Source: Chthoniobacteraceae bacterium
Lineage (GTDB): Bacteria; Verrucomicrobiota; Verrucomicrobiia; Chthoniobacterales; Chthoniobacteraceae
NCBI GenBank assembly: GCA_031409655.1
Contig: JANNXQ010000236.1
Span: forward strand, 1 to 11,741
DNA length: 11,741 bases
Reading direction: 5' to 3'
Shown: positions 1 to 8,185 of the stretch, piece by piece
How positions within the stretch are numbered: the stretch's first letter is position 1
How the letters are laid out: every line of letters starts with the position of its first letter
Position numbers and translations under genes: made by a program
The notes under the pieces: model-generated
Databases searched by the model: none
Seen by the model: the letters and a program-made list of their open reading frames with translations, nothing else
Told to the model about the DNA's origin: nothing

Positions 1-31
1 TGGTTTTCGTTCGCTACACCGGGCTAAAGGT

Positions 32-69
32 GGGGGGCCCCCCCCCCCCCCTGTACCAAACTGGGGGGG
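32..69. other. Low-complexity homopolymer cluster (G6, C14, G7)
   Basis: G6 at 32-37, C14 at 38-51, G7 at 63-69, at the window edge. Confidence 0.6.
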
Positions 70-91
70 TGGGCGCCCCGACTCCTTGCAC

Positions 92-1897
92 CTACACTTC
101 GAGCAGCGGCGGCTCCCAGGCCACGCGCAGCACGCGATTACCGAGTTCCGCGCGGAAGATGATCGTCCCTTGCGGGGATGCGGCGATCTGACACTGCAAG
201 GTGTGTGCGCCTCCGGTGACTGGAGGCAGGCCGCGCACGATGAAGGACCCCAGATCCCGCGGCTCGAGCGCCGAGCCCATCTGGCCCTGCTGAATCGGCA
301 CGCGCGTCTCGGCGCGGCCATCCGGCGGCACCCGCCAGGGGAATTTTCCCTCCAGTGGCAGAGGCCGCCCGGCATGGAGCACCACGGCGCCGTCGCCATC
401 CACGATCCGGAGGAGGATCGGCCGGGCGATCACGCCCGCTTTCAGGAGTTCGATCTTCGCGCCGCTTTCCACGAGGTGGCCCTCCCAGAAGTCGATGGTC
501 GAGGCCGCGGCCTGCTTGAATTCATCCGGCGCCCCTTCCGCCGAAGCGGCCATGACGAGAGCGGCGATCGCCTCCCGCTGCTTTCCCGCGCTCTTCAGGG
601 CCTGCGCGTAGTTCCAGTTGAGGCGCGGAGAAAATTTTCCCGACGAGACCAGCGGATCGATCTCCTCGACGAGCCGCGCGGAGTCCTTGCGCTGACCGAG
701 GATCGCGCAGAAATGAAGGATCGCTTCCTCGGCCTCAGGCGCGATTTCCCGCGCTCGCTCGGCATGGCGCAGCGCCGCCGGAAGGTCGCCCCGATCGCGC
801 GCCATGGCGCTCGCGATGAGCATCGGCATCCAGGCGTTTCGCTGCTCGCCGAATTCCACCACTTTCAATTCGGTATCGAGGCTCTTGGGATCCGCCGCGA
901 CCCCAAACTTCAGCCCGATCGCTGCCTGCACGTTCGGATCGAGTTCGAGCGCCTTCTCCAGGGCCGCCGTCTCCGCAGCCGTCTCGCCCGCCGCGTTGCA
1001 AGTCTGCGCCAGATGCATCCAGCCCCCGGCCTCTTTTGGGTGCGCCTCGGTGAATTTCGTCGCCGCCTTGCGCGCCTCTTCGTGCCGCCCCACGTGCCGG
1101 TAACCGGCCGCCAGCGCGAGCAACGCACGACCGTCGTCAGGCCGCAATTCCAGGAGCATGTGGAGCGCTTGAATGGCGACCTCCGGCGCAAATCCGTCGC
1201 GCAACAACTGCTCGGCAAAAGCCTGCAACTGATCCGGATTGGCCGCGAGATGCGGGACCTGCTGCGCCGCCATCCGCGCAAAACCCGGCAGGTCGAGATA
1301 GGCGATGGACTTCGGATCATTCGGATCGCGCTGAATCCGCACCATCGCCCGCATAGCCGCGAGCCCGTCGAGCGCTGCGGAGTCGTTCGGCACCACGCGC
1401 AGGGCATTTTGAAAGGCCACCACCGCCTCATCCCGACGACCTTCCGCAGCGAGCGTCGAGCCCAGATTCACCCACACAAAACCAAACCGCGGCACCTGCT
1501 CCGCCACGGTCGTGTAGAGGGCAATCGCCTCCTCCACCTGGCCATCGTGCCGGAGGACATGCGCGCGGTGAAACTTCGTGAAAATCGTGCCGGGGTGGAT
1601 CTTCTCGATCGCATCGAGAAGCTCGCGCGCTTTGGGAAATTCATTGTCCTCGAGCGCCTCCGCGAGATCATCGAAATGCTCCGACGCCTTCAGAAAATCC
1701 GTCCATGGCGCCGTCGCCTCCGCCCCGAGATCTTCGACCGCATTCAGGAGCAAGCCGGCATCGAAAGGCGACTGCTCCGCGAGCTTCGGATCGGAATCAC
1801 CGGGCCACGGGATGCGGTGCGGCAGCCCATAGAGATCGAGTTCCCAGGCATTGCAGTCGATCCATTGAACAGCGGCGGCGGGAGTGGGTGTATCCAT
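92..1897 (-). CDS. TPR-repeat protein (601 aa) with C-terminal Hsp70/DnaK substrate-binding-domain-like beta module
   Basis: ATG at 1897 (MDTPTPAAA) follows the thrC stop; the longer ORF start at 2221 overlaps thrC. TPR-like repeats, e.g. VWVNLGSTLAAEGRRDEAVVAFQNALRVVPND and GWMHLAQTCNAAGETAAETAALEKALELDPN. Residues ~490-585 contain IQQGQ...LGSFIVRGLPP...G...QG, resembling DnaK VLQGE...LGQFNLDGINP. Confidence 0.85.
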   Translation of the reverse strand: MDTPTPAAAVQWIDCNAWELDLYGLPHRIPWPGDSDPKLAEQSPFDAGLLLNAVEDLGAEATAPWTDFLKASEHFDDLAEALEDNEFPKARELLDAIEKIHPGTIFTKFHRAHVLRHDGQVEEAIALYTTVAEQVPRFGFVWVNLGSTLAAEGRRDEAVVAFQNALRVVPNDSAALDGLAAMRAMVRIQRDPNDPKSIAYLDLPGFARMAAQQVPHLAANPDQLQAFAEQLLRDGFAPEVAIQALHMLLELRPDDGRALLALAAGYRHVGRHEEARKAATKFTEAHPKEAGGWMHLAQTCNAAGETAAETAALEKALELDPNVQAAIGLKFGVAADPKSLDTELKVVEFGEQRNAWMPMLIASAMARDRGDLPAALRHAERAREIAPEAEEAILHFCAILGQRKDSARLVEEIDPLVSSGKFSPRLNWNYAQALKSAGKQREAIAALVMAASAEGAPDEFKQAAASTIDFWEGHLVESGAKIELLKAGVIARPILLRIVDGDGAVVLHAGRPLPLEGKFPWRVPPDGRAETRVPIQQGQMGSALEPRDLGSFIVRGLPPVTGGAHTLQCQIAASPQGTIIFRAELGNRVLRVAWEPPLLEV

Positions 1898-1974
1898 GGG
1901 TAAAAATGTATTTGGGGGCCGAGGCGGGCGGGAGGCTCGCGTGAAATCGGGATTTTGACACCCGGAATTTTCCG

Positions 1975-3069
1975 TCAACCGATGAGCCCCATGATGGCGC
2001 TCTTCTCGGCTTTGCAGGGGATGACGCTGCCGCACTGTTCGCGGGCGATGTCGGGGTCTTTGAGGCCGTGGCCAGTGACGGTGCAGACGATGCGGCTGCC
2101 TTCGGGGATGGTCGGGAAGACGCAGCGGTCGCAGCGCTCGGCGCTGTGGCATTTGAAAAGTCCGGCGATGCTCGCGGCGCTGGCGGGTTCGGCGAAGATG
2201 CCTTCTTTCATCGCGAGCCACTGCTGCGCGAAGAGGATCTCGGCGTCGGTGACGATGTCGATGCTGCCGCCGCTCTCGCGGATCGCGCTCGTGGCCAGAT
2301 CCCAGCTCGCGGGATTGCCGATGCGAATGGCGGTGGCGATGGTTTCGGGTTTCTCAACCACTTTGCCGAAATAAATCGGTGCGCTGCCGGCAGCTTGGAA
2401 GCCGGCCATCCGCGGACGTTTTGTGGCTTTGCCGAGCTTGAAAAATTCGTCGTAGCCGAGCCAGTAGGCGCTGATGTTTCCGGCGTTGCCGACGGGGAGC
2501 ACGTGGACATCGGGCGCGTCGCCAAGTTCTTCCACGATCTCGAAGCTCGCGCTCTTCTGGCCTTGGAGACGGTCGGGATTGATCGAGTTGACGATCGAGA
2601 TCGGCTCCGTCTCGCCGATCTCGCGGACGAGCCGCAGGGCGTCGTCGAAGTTCCCGTCGATGGCCACGACCTTCGCGCCGTACATGAAGGCTTGAGCGAG
2701 TTTACCAAAGGCGATCTTGCCGGCAGGCAGCAGCACGATGCAGGCGACATTCGCCCGTGCGGCATAGGCGGCGGCGGCGGCGCTGGTGTTGCCGGTGCTG
2801 GCGCAAATCACGGCCTGCGCCCCGCGCTCGACGGCCTTGGAAAGTGCCACGGTCATGCCGCGATCCTTGAAGGAGCCCGTGGGATTCAGCCCCTCGTATT
2901 TGATATAGACCTCGCACCCGCGGCCGACGCGCTCGCTGAGTTTCGGCGAAAAGATCAGCGGCGTGCTGCCCTCATTCAGCGACACAAAGGGCGTGGCCTC
3001 CGTGACCGGCAGATACTGCTGCCATCGGGCCATCACGCCGCGATCGTGGAGTGGGCGGAATGGTTTCAC
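1975..3069 (-). CDS. thrC: Threonine synthase (short fold-type II PLP form)
   Basis: [15 protein letters not shown] (PLP lysine), [50 protein letters not shown]; directly downstream of hom. Start uncertain (GTG 3069 or 3072, or ATG 3033). Confidence 0.95.
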   Translation of the reverse strand: MKPFRPLHDRGVMARWQQYLPVTEATPFVSLNEGSTPLIFSPKLSERVGRGCEVYIKYEGLNPTGSFKDRGMTVALSKAVERGAQAVICASTGNTSAAAAAYAARANVACIVLLPAGKIAFGKLAQAFMYGAKVVAIDGNFDDALRLVREIGETEPISIVNSINPDRLQGQKSASFEIVEELGDAPDVHVLPVGNAGNISAYWLGYDEFFKLGKATKRPRMAGFQAAGSAPIYFGKVVEKPETIATAIRIGNPASWDLATSAIRESGGSIDIVTDAEILFAQQWLAMKEGIFAEPASAASIAGLFKCHSAERCDRCVFPTIPEGSRIVCTVTGHGLKDPDIAREQCGSVIPCKAEKSAIMGLIG

Positions 3070-3080
3070 CACACTGCTCT

Positions 3081-4376
3081 TCACGAAAAATTCTCCACTC
3101 GCAAGACCTGCGGCGCTTTCTTCACGCATCCCAGCGCGCTGATGCGCTCGATGGCCCGCTGCATCTGGCCATGGGTCGCATCGTGGACCATGAGCACGAG
3201 CGAGGCGTCTTCACCTTCCTCGGACTCGGGCTGGATCATGGAGGAAATGCCGATGTTATTTTCGCCCAAAATACCGGCGACCTGGGCGAGCACGCCGGGA
3301 CGATCCTTGACGGAGATGCGCAGGTAATACTGGGTGCTGATCGCATCGAGCGGCTTGCACTGGCCGTAGAGCCCGTGCGGCATGAAGCCGCAGTCGCGCC
3401 GTGGCGATTGCAGGGCGAGCGCGGCCTCGGCGAGATCGGAGATCACGGCGCTGGCCGTCGGGTCCTGGCCGGCGCCGCGGCCGTAGAAGAGGGTGTCGCC
3501 GACGACGTCACCATGCACGGCGAGGGCATTGAAGACGCCATTCACCGAGGCGAGCACGTGGCTCTTTTTGATGAGCGTGGGATGCACGCGGACCTCGATC
3601 TGTCCCTCGGTGTCGGCCTTAATGATGCCGAGCAATTTGATGCGGTAGCCGAGGTCGTCGGCAAAGGCGATGTCGCTCGCGCGGATTTTTTCGATGCCTT
3701 CGACATAGATTTGTTTGCAGTCGATCCAGGTGCCGTAGGCGAGGGAGGCGAGGATGACGGCTTTGTGCGCGGCGTCCCAGCCGTTCACGTCGAGCGTGGG
3801 ATCGGCCTCGGCGTAACCGGCAGCCTGCGCTTCCGCGAGCGCGGCTTCAAAGCTCAGCCCGGCCTCGGTCATCCGGGTGAGGATGTAGTTGCTCGTGCCG
3901 TTGATGATCCCGTGGATGGAGGTGATGTGATTGGCGATGAAACCTTCGCGGATGGCCTTGATGATCGGGATGCCACCGGCCACTGCAGCTTCGAAGAAGA
4001 CGGGGACTTTCTTCGCGGTTGCGGCGTCGAAGATTTCTTTTCCGTGCTCGGCGAGCAGCGCCTTGTTGCCGGTGACGACCATCTTGCCGCGCTCGATGGC
4101 TCCGAGGATGAATTCGCGCGCCTCTTTCAATCCGCCCATAAGCTCGACGGCGATCTGCACCGCCGGATCATCGAGCACGTCCTGCCAGCGCGTGGTGAGC
4201 ATCTCGGGCGGCACCGCGACATCGCGAGCGCGGGCGGCGTCGCGCACGGCGACTTTGCGGACCACCAGCTCGAGGCCGAGCCGCTCCCGGAGCAGGGCAC
4301 GATTGAGCGTCAGATGCTTGAAGACACCTGCGCCGACATTCCCGAGGCCTGCTAGTCCGATGCCGATTTGCTGCAT
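3081..4376 (-). CDS. hom: Homoserine dehydrogenase with C-terminal ACT domain (431 aa)
   Basis: [11 protein letters not shown]ossmann motif, [55 protein letters not shown]-like [25 protein letters not shown] at 4376 (MQQIGIG). Confidence 0.96.
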   Translation of the reverse strand: MQQIGIGLAGLGNVGAGVFKHLTLNRALLRERLGLELVVRKVAVRDAARARDVAVPPEMLTTRWQDVLDDPAVQIAVELMGGLKEAREFILGAIERGKMVVTGNKALLAEHGKEIFDAATAKKVPVFFEAAVAGGIPIIKAIREGFIANHITSIHGIINGTSNYILTRMTEAGLSFEAALAEAQAAGYAEADPTLDVNGWDAAHKAVILASLAYGTWIDCKQIYVEGIEKIRASDIAFADDLGYRIKLLGIIKADTEGQIEVRVHPTLIKKSHVLASVNGVFNALAVHGDVVGDTLFYGRGAGQDPTASAVISDLAEAALALQSPRRDCGFMPHGLYGQCKPLDAISTQYYLRISVKDRPGVLAQVAGILGENNIGISSMIQPESEEGEDASLVLMVHDATHGQMQRAIERISALGCVKKAPQVLRVENFS

Positions 4377-4390
4377 AAAAAGGGGCGCGA

Positions 4391-4420
4391 AGTATCGAGC
4401 ACGGCCCGAGCCCGAAGCAA
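4391..4420 (-). promoter_or_regulatory. Candidate sigma70 promoter for hom-thrC
   Basis: Minus strand TTGCTT-N18-GATACT, ending 14 nt before the hom ATG; the -10 box is imperfect. Confidence 0.35.
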
Positions 4421-4522
4421 GGTGAGACTTCGCGACGAATGCGTGACGTGGACGGGACGGGCCTCGGGAAGAAAGGGCGAACGCCCTCACCCACCTCGCT
4501 TCCAAGCCCCCCGCAAACACCA

Positions 4523-6049
4523 TCAGTAGCTCTTCGCCCAGATCACACGGCAGGCGCTGGGCTTGCCGCTGAAAGGACACACGCCGGACTCCGCGGCGAG
4601 CGCATCCGGGATGCAGCGGATGGTGACTTTGAGGTCTTTCTTGATCTGCTCCTCGACCTCGCGCGAACCATCCCAATGCGCGAGCGCGAAGCCGCCGTGC
4701 GCCTCGGGCTTGGCGGCATTTTTCGGGGTAAAGAATTCGTAGAAGGCGTCCTTGCTGTCGATCGGTACGGTGTTCGCGTCGCGATACGCGGTGGCCCGGG
4801 CGAGCAGCGAATCCTGAATGGACTGGAGCACGCCGGCGACGCTGGCCACGAGATCCGCAGCGAAGGGAAATTCCTTTTCCTTATGCCCACGATCCCGCCG
4901 GGAGACGGCGACGGTACCTTTCTCAAGATCGCGCGGGCCCAGCTCGATACGAATCGGTACGCCTTTCTTGATCCACTCCCAGCTCTTCGTTCCACCGCCG
5001 ATGTCGCGCTTATCCACTTCGATGCGGATCGGCTCGCCGGCAAAGGTCTGCGCGCGCAACTCGGCGGCGAGTTTGTCCACCGCCGGGAAAACGGTGTCAC
5101 GCATTTCAGGCTTCGGCGCGACGGGGATGATGACGATGTGCGCCGGCGCGATGCGCGGCGGGAGGACGAGTCCGTCGTCATCGGAATGCGCCATGATCAC
5201 CGTGCCGATGAGCCGCGTGCTCACGCCCCAGCTCGTAGTCCAGGCGAGCTCCTGTTTGTTTTCGCGGGAGAGAAATTGGATGCCGCTGGCCTTCGCAAAA
5301 TTCTGCCCGAGGAAGTGCGAGGTGCCGGCCTGGATAGCCTTCCGATCCTGCACCATGGCCTCGATGCACAGGGTCTGCACCGCGCCGGGGAAGCGCTCGC
5401 TCTCGCTTTTTTCTCCGGTGAAGACGGGCAGCGCCAGATACTCGCGGGCGAAAGTTTCATAGACCCGTAGCATCTGCTCCGTCTCGGCGACCGCCTCCTC
5501 GGAAGTCTCGTGCGCAGTGTGCCCTTCCTGCCATAGGAATTCCGCGGTGCGCAGGAAAAGGCGGGGCCGCATTTCCCAGCGGACGACGTTCGCCCACTGA
5601 TTGATGAGGATCGGCAGATCGCGATAAGACTGCACCCACTTCGCATAGCTCGCGCCGATGATCGTCTCACTCGTCGGCCGCACCACCAGAGGCTCCGTGA
5701 GCTGGGCGGAAGGCGCCGGACGCAGCCCGCCCGCGCCATCAGACTCCAGCCGGTGATGCGTCACGACCGCGCACTCCTTGGCGAAGCCCTCCACGTGCTC
5801 CGCTTCCTTCGCGAGATACGAGAGCGGGATGAAAAGCGGGAAGTAGGCGTTCTTGTGCCCGGTCTCCTTAAACATCCGATCGAGCACCCGCTGCATGCCT
5901 TCCCAGATCCCGTAACCCCACGGCTTGATGACCATGCACCCGCGCACATCGGAATTCTCCGCGAGATCCGCCGCGCGGACGACTTGCTGATACCACTCGG
6001 GACAATCCTGCTCGCGAGTAGGCGTGATGGCGGTCTGTGGCTGGCTCAT
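4523..6049 (-). CDS. proS: Proline--tRNA ligase, archaeal/eukaryotic-like type without INS editing domain (508 aa)
   Basis: EWYQQVV, VRGCMVIKPWGY, YFPLFIP, EHVEGFAKE, RPTSET, QWANVVRWE, FLRTAEFLWQEGHT, QAGTSHFLGQNF, SWGVSTRLIG, GVPIRIELGPRD, C-terminal AKSY; ATG at 6049. Confidence 0.97.
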   Translation of the reverse strand: MSQPQTAITPTREQDCPEWYQQVVRAADLAENSDVRGCMVIKPWGYGIWEGMQRVLDRMFKETGHKNAYFPLFIPLSYLAKEAEHVEGFAKECAVVTHHRLESDGAGGLRPAPSAQLTEPLVVRPTSETIIGASYAKWVQSYRDLPILINQWANVVRWEMRPRLFLRTAEFLWQEGHTAHETSEEAVAETEQMLRVYETFAREYLALPVFTGEKSESERFPGAVQTLCIEAMVQDRKAIQAGTSHFLGQNFAKASGIQFLSRENKQELAWTTSWGVSTRLIGTVIMAHSDDDGLVLPPRIAPAHIVIIPVAPKPEMRDTVFPAVDKLAAELRAQTFAGEPIRIEVDKRDIGGGTKSWEWIKKGVPIRIELGPRDLEKGTVAVSRRDRGHKEKEFPFAADLVASVAGVLQSIQDSLLARATAYRDANTVPIDSKDAFYEFFTPKNAAKPEAHGGFALAHWDGSREVEEQIKKDLKVTIRCIPDALAAESGVCPFSGKPSACRVIWAKSY

Positions 6050-6074
6050 AGGGTGGTGCGGAGAAAGGGCGCGC

Positions 6075-6103
6075 AAACTAGACGCCGCGAACCCGCCGGG
6101 CAA
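6075..6103 (-). promoter_or_regulatory. Candidate sigma70 promoter for proS
   Basis: Minus strand TTGCCC-N17-TAGTTT, ending 25 nt upstream of the proS ATG. Confidence 0.55.
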
Positions 6104-6119
6104 GGCGCGGCTTCCGAGA

Positions 6120-6702
6120 CTAAGGAATGGGCGGCAACTCTTCGCCACCCGTCAGACGATATGCGCGGAGCAGTTCCTCCCATTGTGCGTGCAAACCGAG
6201 ACGCTCGATATGTTGCCCGGTCCATTTTCGTGACTGCTAACATGAATCGCATGTCATCAATGTGCTTGTCCTGCTCGCCTTCGCGGAAGAACTCCAGCTT
6301 GCGGAGCAGGACATACTCCGGTGGAGCGATCCAGACTTCGGCGCTCCCGAAAGGAACTCGGCGGCGATGCTTCATCGCCCAAAGATGCAGCGGGTCTCGA
6401 ACGACAAAGAACAAGTCTGCCCTAAACCCACTCTGGTGATGGTAAAGATTGAGACACCCACGGGCACCGCGGAACATCTCCGTGACGAGGGCCTCCGTGG
6501 GTGGGACGTAATAGTGCTCGCAGGGAAAAGCATCTCGAAAGAGCGCAAGTTCAGGAACCGTCAGGAGAATTACGAGGTCGATATCGTGCGTGGTGCGAAT
6601 CAGTCCATAGAACCCGGCACCGACTGAGCCCGTAACGCAGTAAAAAATGCCCGCCTGCTCGAGCGGGTCGAGGAAGACTCCAAACGGCTCAGGAAACGCC
6701 AT
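6120..6702 (-). pseudogene. MenT1/AbiEii-like nucleotidyltransferase (putative toxin), apparently frameshifted near 6215
   Basis: ATG 6702. Pol-beta NTase motif YCVTGSVGA...RTTHDIDLV, ADLF, and IAPPEYVLLRKL...KHIDDM. After DRA (6216-6214) a plausible helical end QHIERLGLHAQWEELLRAYRL...IP* continues in another frame (6215-6120), while the open frame runs on to 6046 across the proS promoter. Confidence 0.65.
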
Positions 6703-6874
6703 AGAGCATTCGCTCCCGGATTTCGCGCTCGATTTCCGCATCGGTCCATTCGGGGTGCTGGGCGGAAATGCCGCACTTGAGCATCTCACGGCCGGCCCGC
6801 TGGAATGCAGCCAGGCGTTCCAGCTTCTCGGTGGGAGTCATCCGGCGATATCCGTCGATCTGCACTGGATGCAT
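6689..6874 (-). CDS. Small helical protein (61 aa; 84 aa if started at 6943), putative MenA1-like antitoxin
   Basis: MHPVQIDGYRRMTPTEKLERLAAFQRAGREMLKCGISAQHPEWTDAEIEREIRERMLYGVS; overlaps the NTase start by 14 nt. The alternative ATG at 6943 overlaps the upstream stop (ATGA). Confidence 0.7.
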   Translation of the reverse strand: MHPVQIDGYRRMTPTEKLERLAAFQRAGREMLKCGISAQHPEWTDAEIEREIRERMLYGVS

Positions 6875-6939
6875 GGGCTCATGAGCAGAATAATTCCTCG
6901 GCTTGCGAACGAGGTGACGCAGGTGTGGATCGAGGAGTT

Positions 6940-8058
6940 TCATAGGCTTCTTAGAAACTTACCAAAGAACTCCACCCCGCGCTCCAAATCTTCCACCGCG
7001 AGGTACTCGTCCACGGTGTGCGCCTGGGCGATGGAGCCGGGGCCGAGAGCCACGGCGGGCATGCCTTTCTCGGCAAAGAAACATGCGTCGCAAAACCACG
7101 GGGCGCCGATCGGTTTTGCGCCGCATTCGCCGAGCCTGGCGATGAGCGGGTGCGCGGGATCGGTGTAGAGCGGCGGGGCGGCGTCGGCGGAGACTTCCAC
7201 ATCGGGGCAGACCTGGCGCAGGCGCTTGCGGAAGCCGGAGATGAGGCCGGGCTGAAAATGCGCGGGGACGAAGCGCATATCGACGCTGGCCTCGCAGGAG
7301 TCGGGGATGATGTTCGTCTTCGAGCCGCCGGCGATGGTGCCGATGCTGAGCGTGGAGCTGCCGAGCACGGGGTGCGTCTGCGCGGCGAATTCGGCGGCGA
7401 ATTCCGTGCGGACGACTTCGAGCACCGAGAGCATTTTCACGATGGCATTGTCGCCGAGATCGGGACGCGCGGCGTGGCCGGCTTTGCCGTGCGTCTTGAG
7501 CAGGAGAAAGGCGGAACCTTTGTGCGTGTACACGACATCGAGCCCGGTGGGTTCGCCCACGATCACGAAGTCGAAACGCTCCTCGGACGCCAGCGCGCGG
7601 GAGCCGTGCTGCGCGGCTTCTTCGCTCATCAGGCCGGCAAACCAGATCTCGTGTCCGAGGGTTGCGAGTCGGTCGCGATTTTCGCGCAGCGCCCAGAGCA
7701 TCGTGGCCATGGAGCCCTTGGTGTCGCTCGCGCCGCGGCCCCAGATTTTGCCGTCGCGCAGGTCGCCGCCAAAGGGGTCGATGCTCATCCCGGCCACGCT
7801 CACGGTATCGGTGTGCGGGGCGAAAAGGACGCGCGGTTTGCCGGGGCGATCCCCCGGCCAGTGGGCAACGATGTTCGGGCGATCCGGCAGCACCTCCCGC
7901 AGCTCGGCGTGCGCACCGAGGCTTCTGAGATACTCCACGAGCCACTCGGCGATCCGCTTTTCTCCCACTCCGGTCGTGCCGGGATGCCCGTGCGGATTTA
8001 CGCTCGGGATGCGGATGAGCGTCTGCAGGAGTTCGACGACGTTATGCGGATGGCTCAT
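6940..8058 (-). CDS. M20-family metallo-hydrolase, ArgE/DapE-like deacylase (372 aa)
   Basis: LIRIPSVNP, HTDTV, GRGASDTKG, SEE, GEPT, GKAGHAARP, NIIPD, GPGSIAQAHTVDE: full set of M20A metal ligands. Substrate cannot be assigned from sequence alone. Confidence 0.9.
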   Translation of the reverse strand: MSHPHNVVELLQTLIRIPSVNPHGHPGTTGVGEKRIAEWLVEYLRSLGAHAELREVLPDRPNIVAHWPGDRPGKPRVLFAPHTDTVSVAGMSIDPFGGDLRDGKIWGRGASDTKGSMATMLWALRENRDRLATLGHEIWFAGLMSEEAAQHGSRALASEERFDFVIVGEPTGLDVVYTHKGSAFLLLKTHGKAGHAARPDLGDNAIVKMLSVLEVVRTEFAAEFAAQTHPVLGSSTLSIGTIAGGSKTNIIPDSCEASVDMRFVPAHFQPGLISGFRKRLRQVCPDVEVSADAAPPLYTDPAHPLIARLGECGAKPIGAPWFCDACFFAEKGMPAVALGPGSIAQAHTVDEYLAVEDLERGVEFFGKFLRSL

Positions 8059-8185
8059 CGCAAGGTCAGCGGTTGGAAAGCGCTGGATCGCTGGCCAGCA
8101 GCGAATGGCCGGATAAGGCGAAGCAACAGAGCGCAGCGGGGAGTCTCATGCGTTCAGCATTTCCGTCCGCCGCCCGAAGTCGAGA

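Noticed and set aside
32..69. Poly-C/poly-G tracts as a phase-variation switch, G-quadruplex or terminator
   Set aside because: At the window edge, atypical of the rest of the sequence and outside any visible gene; most likely low-quality contig-end sequence. Needs read support.
1898..2221. 108-aa Arg-rich N-terminal extension of the TPR ORF
   Set aside because: Overlaps thrC in another frame; ATG 1897 is the plausible start. Similar extensions of hom (to 4676), proS (to 6148), the NTase (to 6789) and the epimerase (to 9190) were trimmed because they overlap neighbouring genes or candidate promoters.
4523..4700. Incomplete Zn-binding Cys set in the ProRS C-terminal domain (HWDG...RCIP...CPFSG)
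   Set aside because: Zn-less variants are common among bacterial ProRS of this type.
6050..6120. T-box or other leader RNA upstream of proS
   Set aside because: Only ~70 nt available, mostly occupied by the candidate promoter; no T-box consensus seen.
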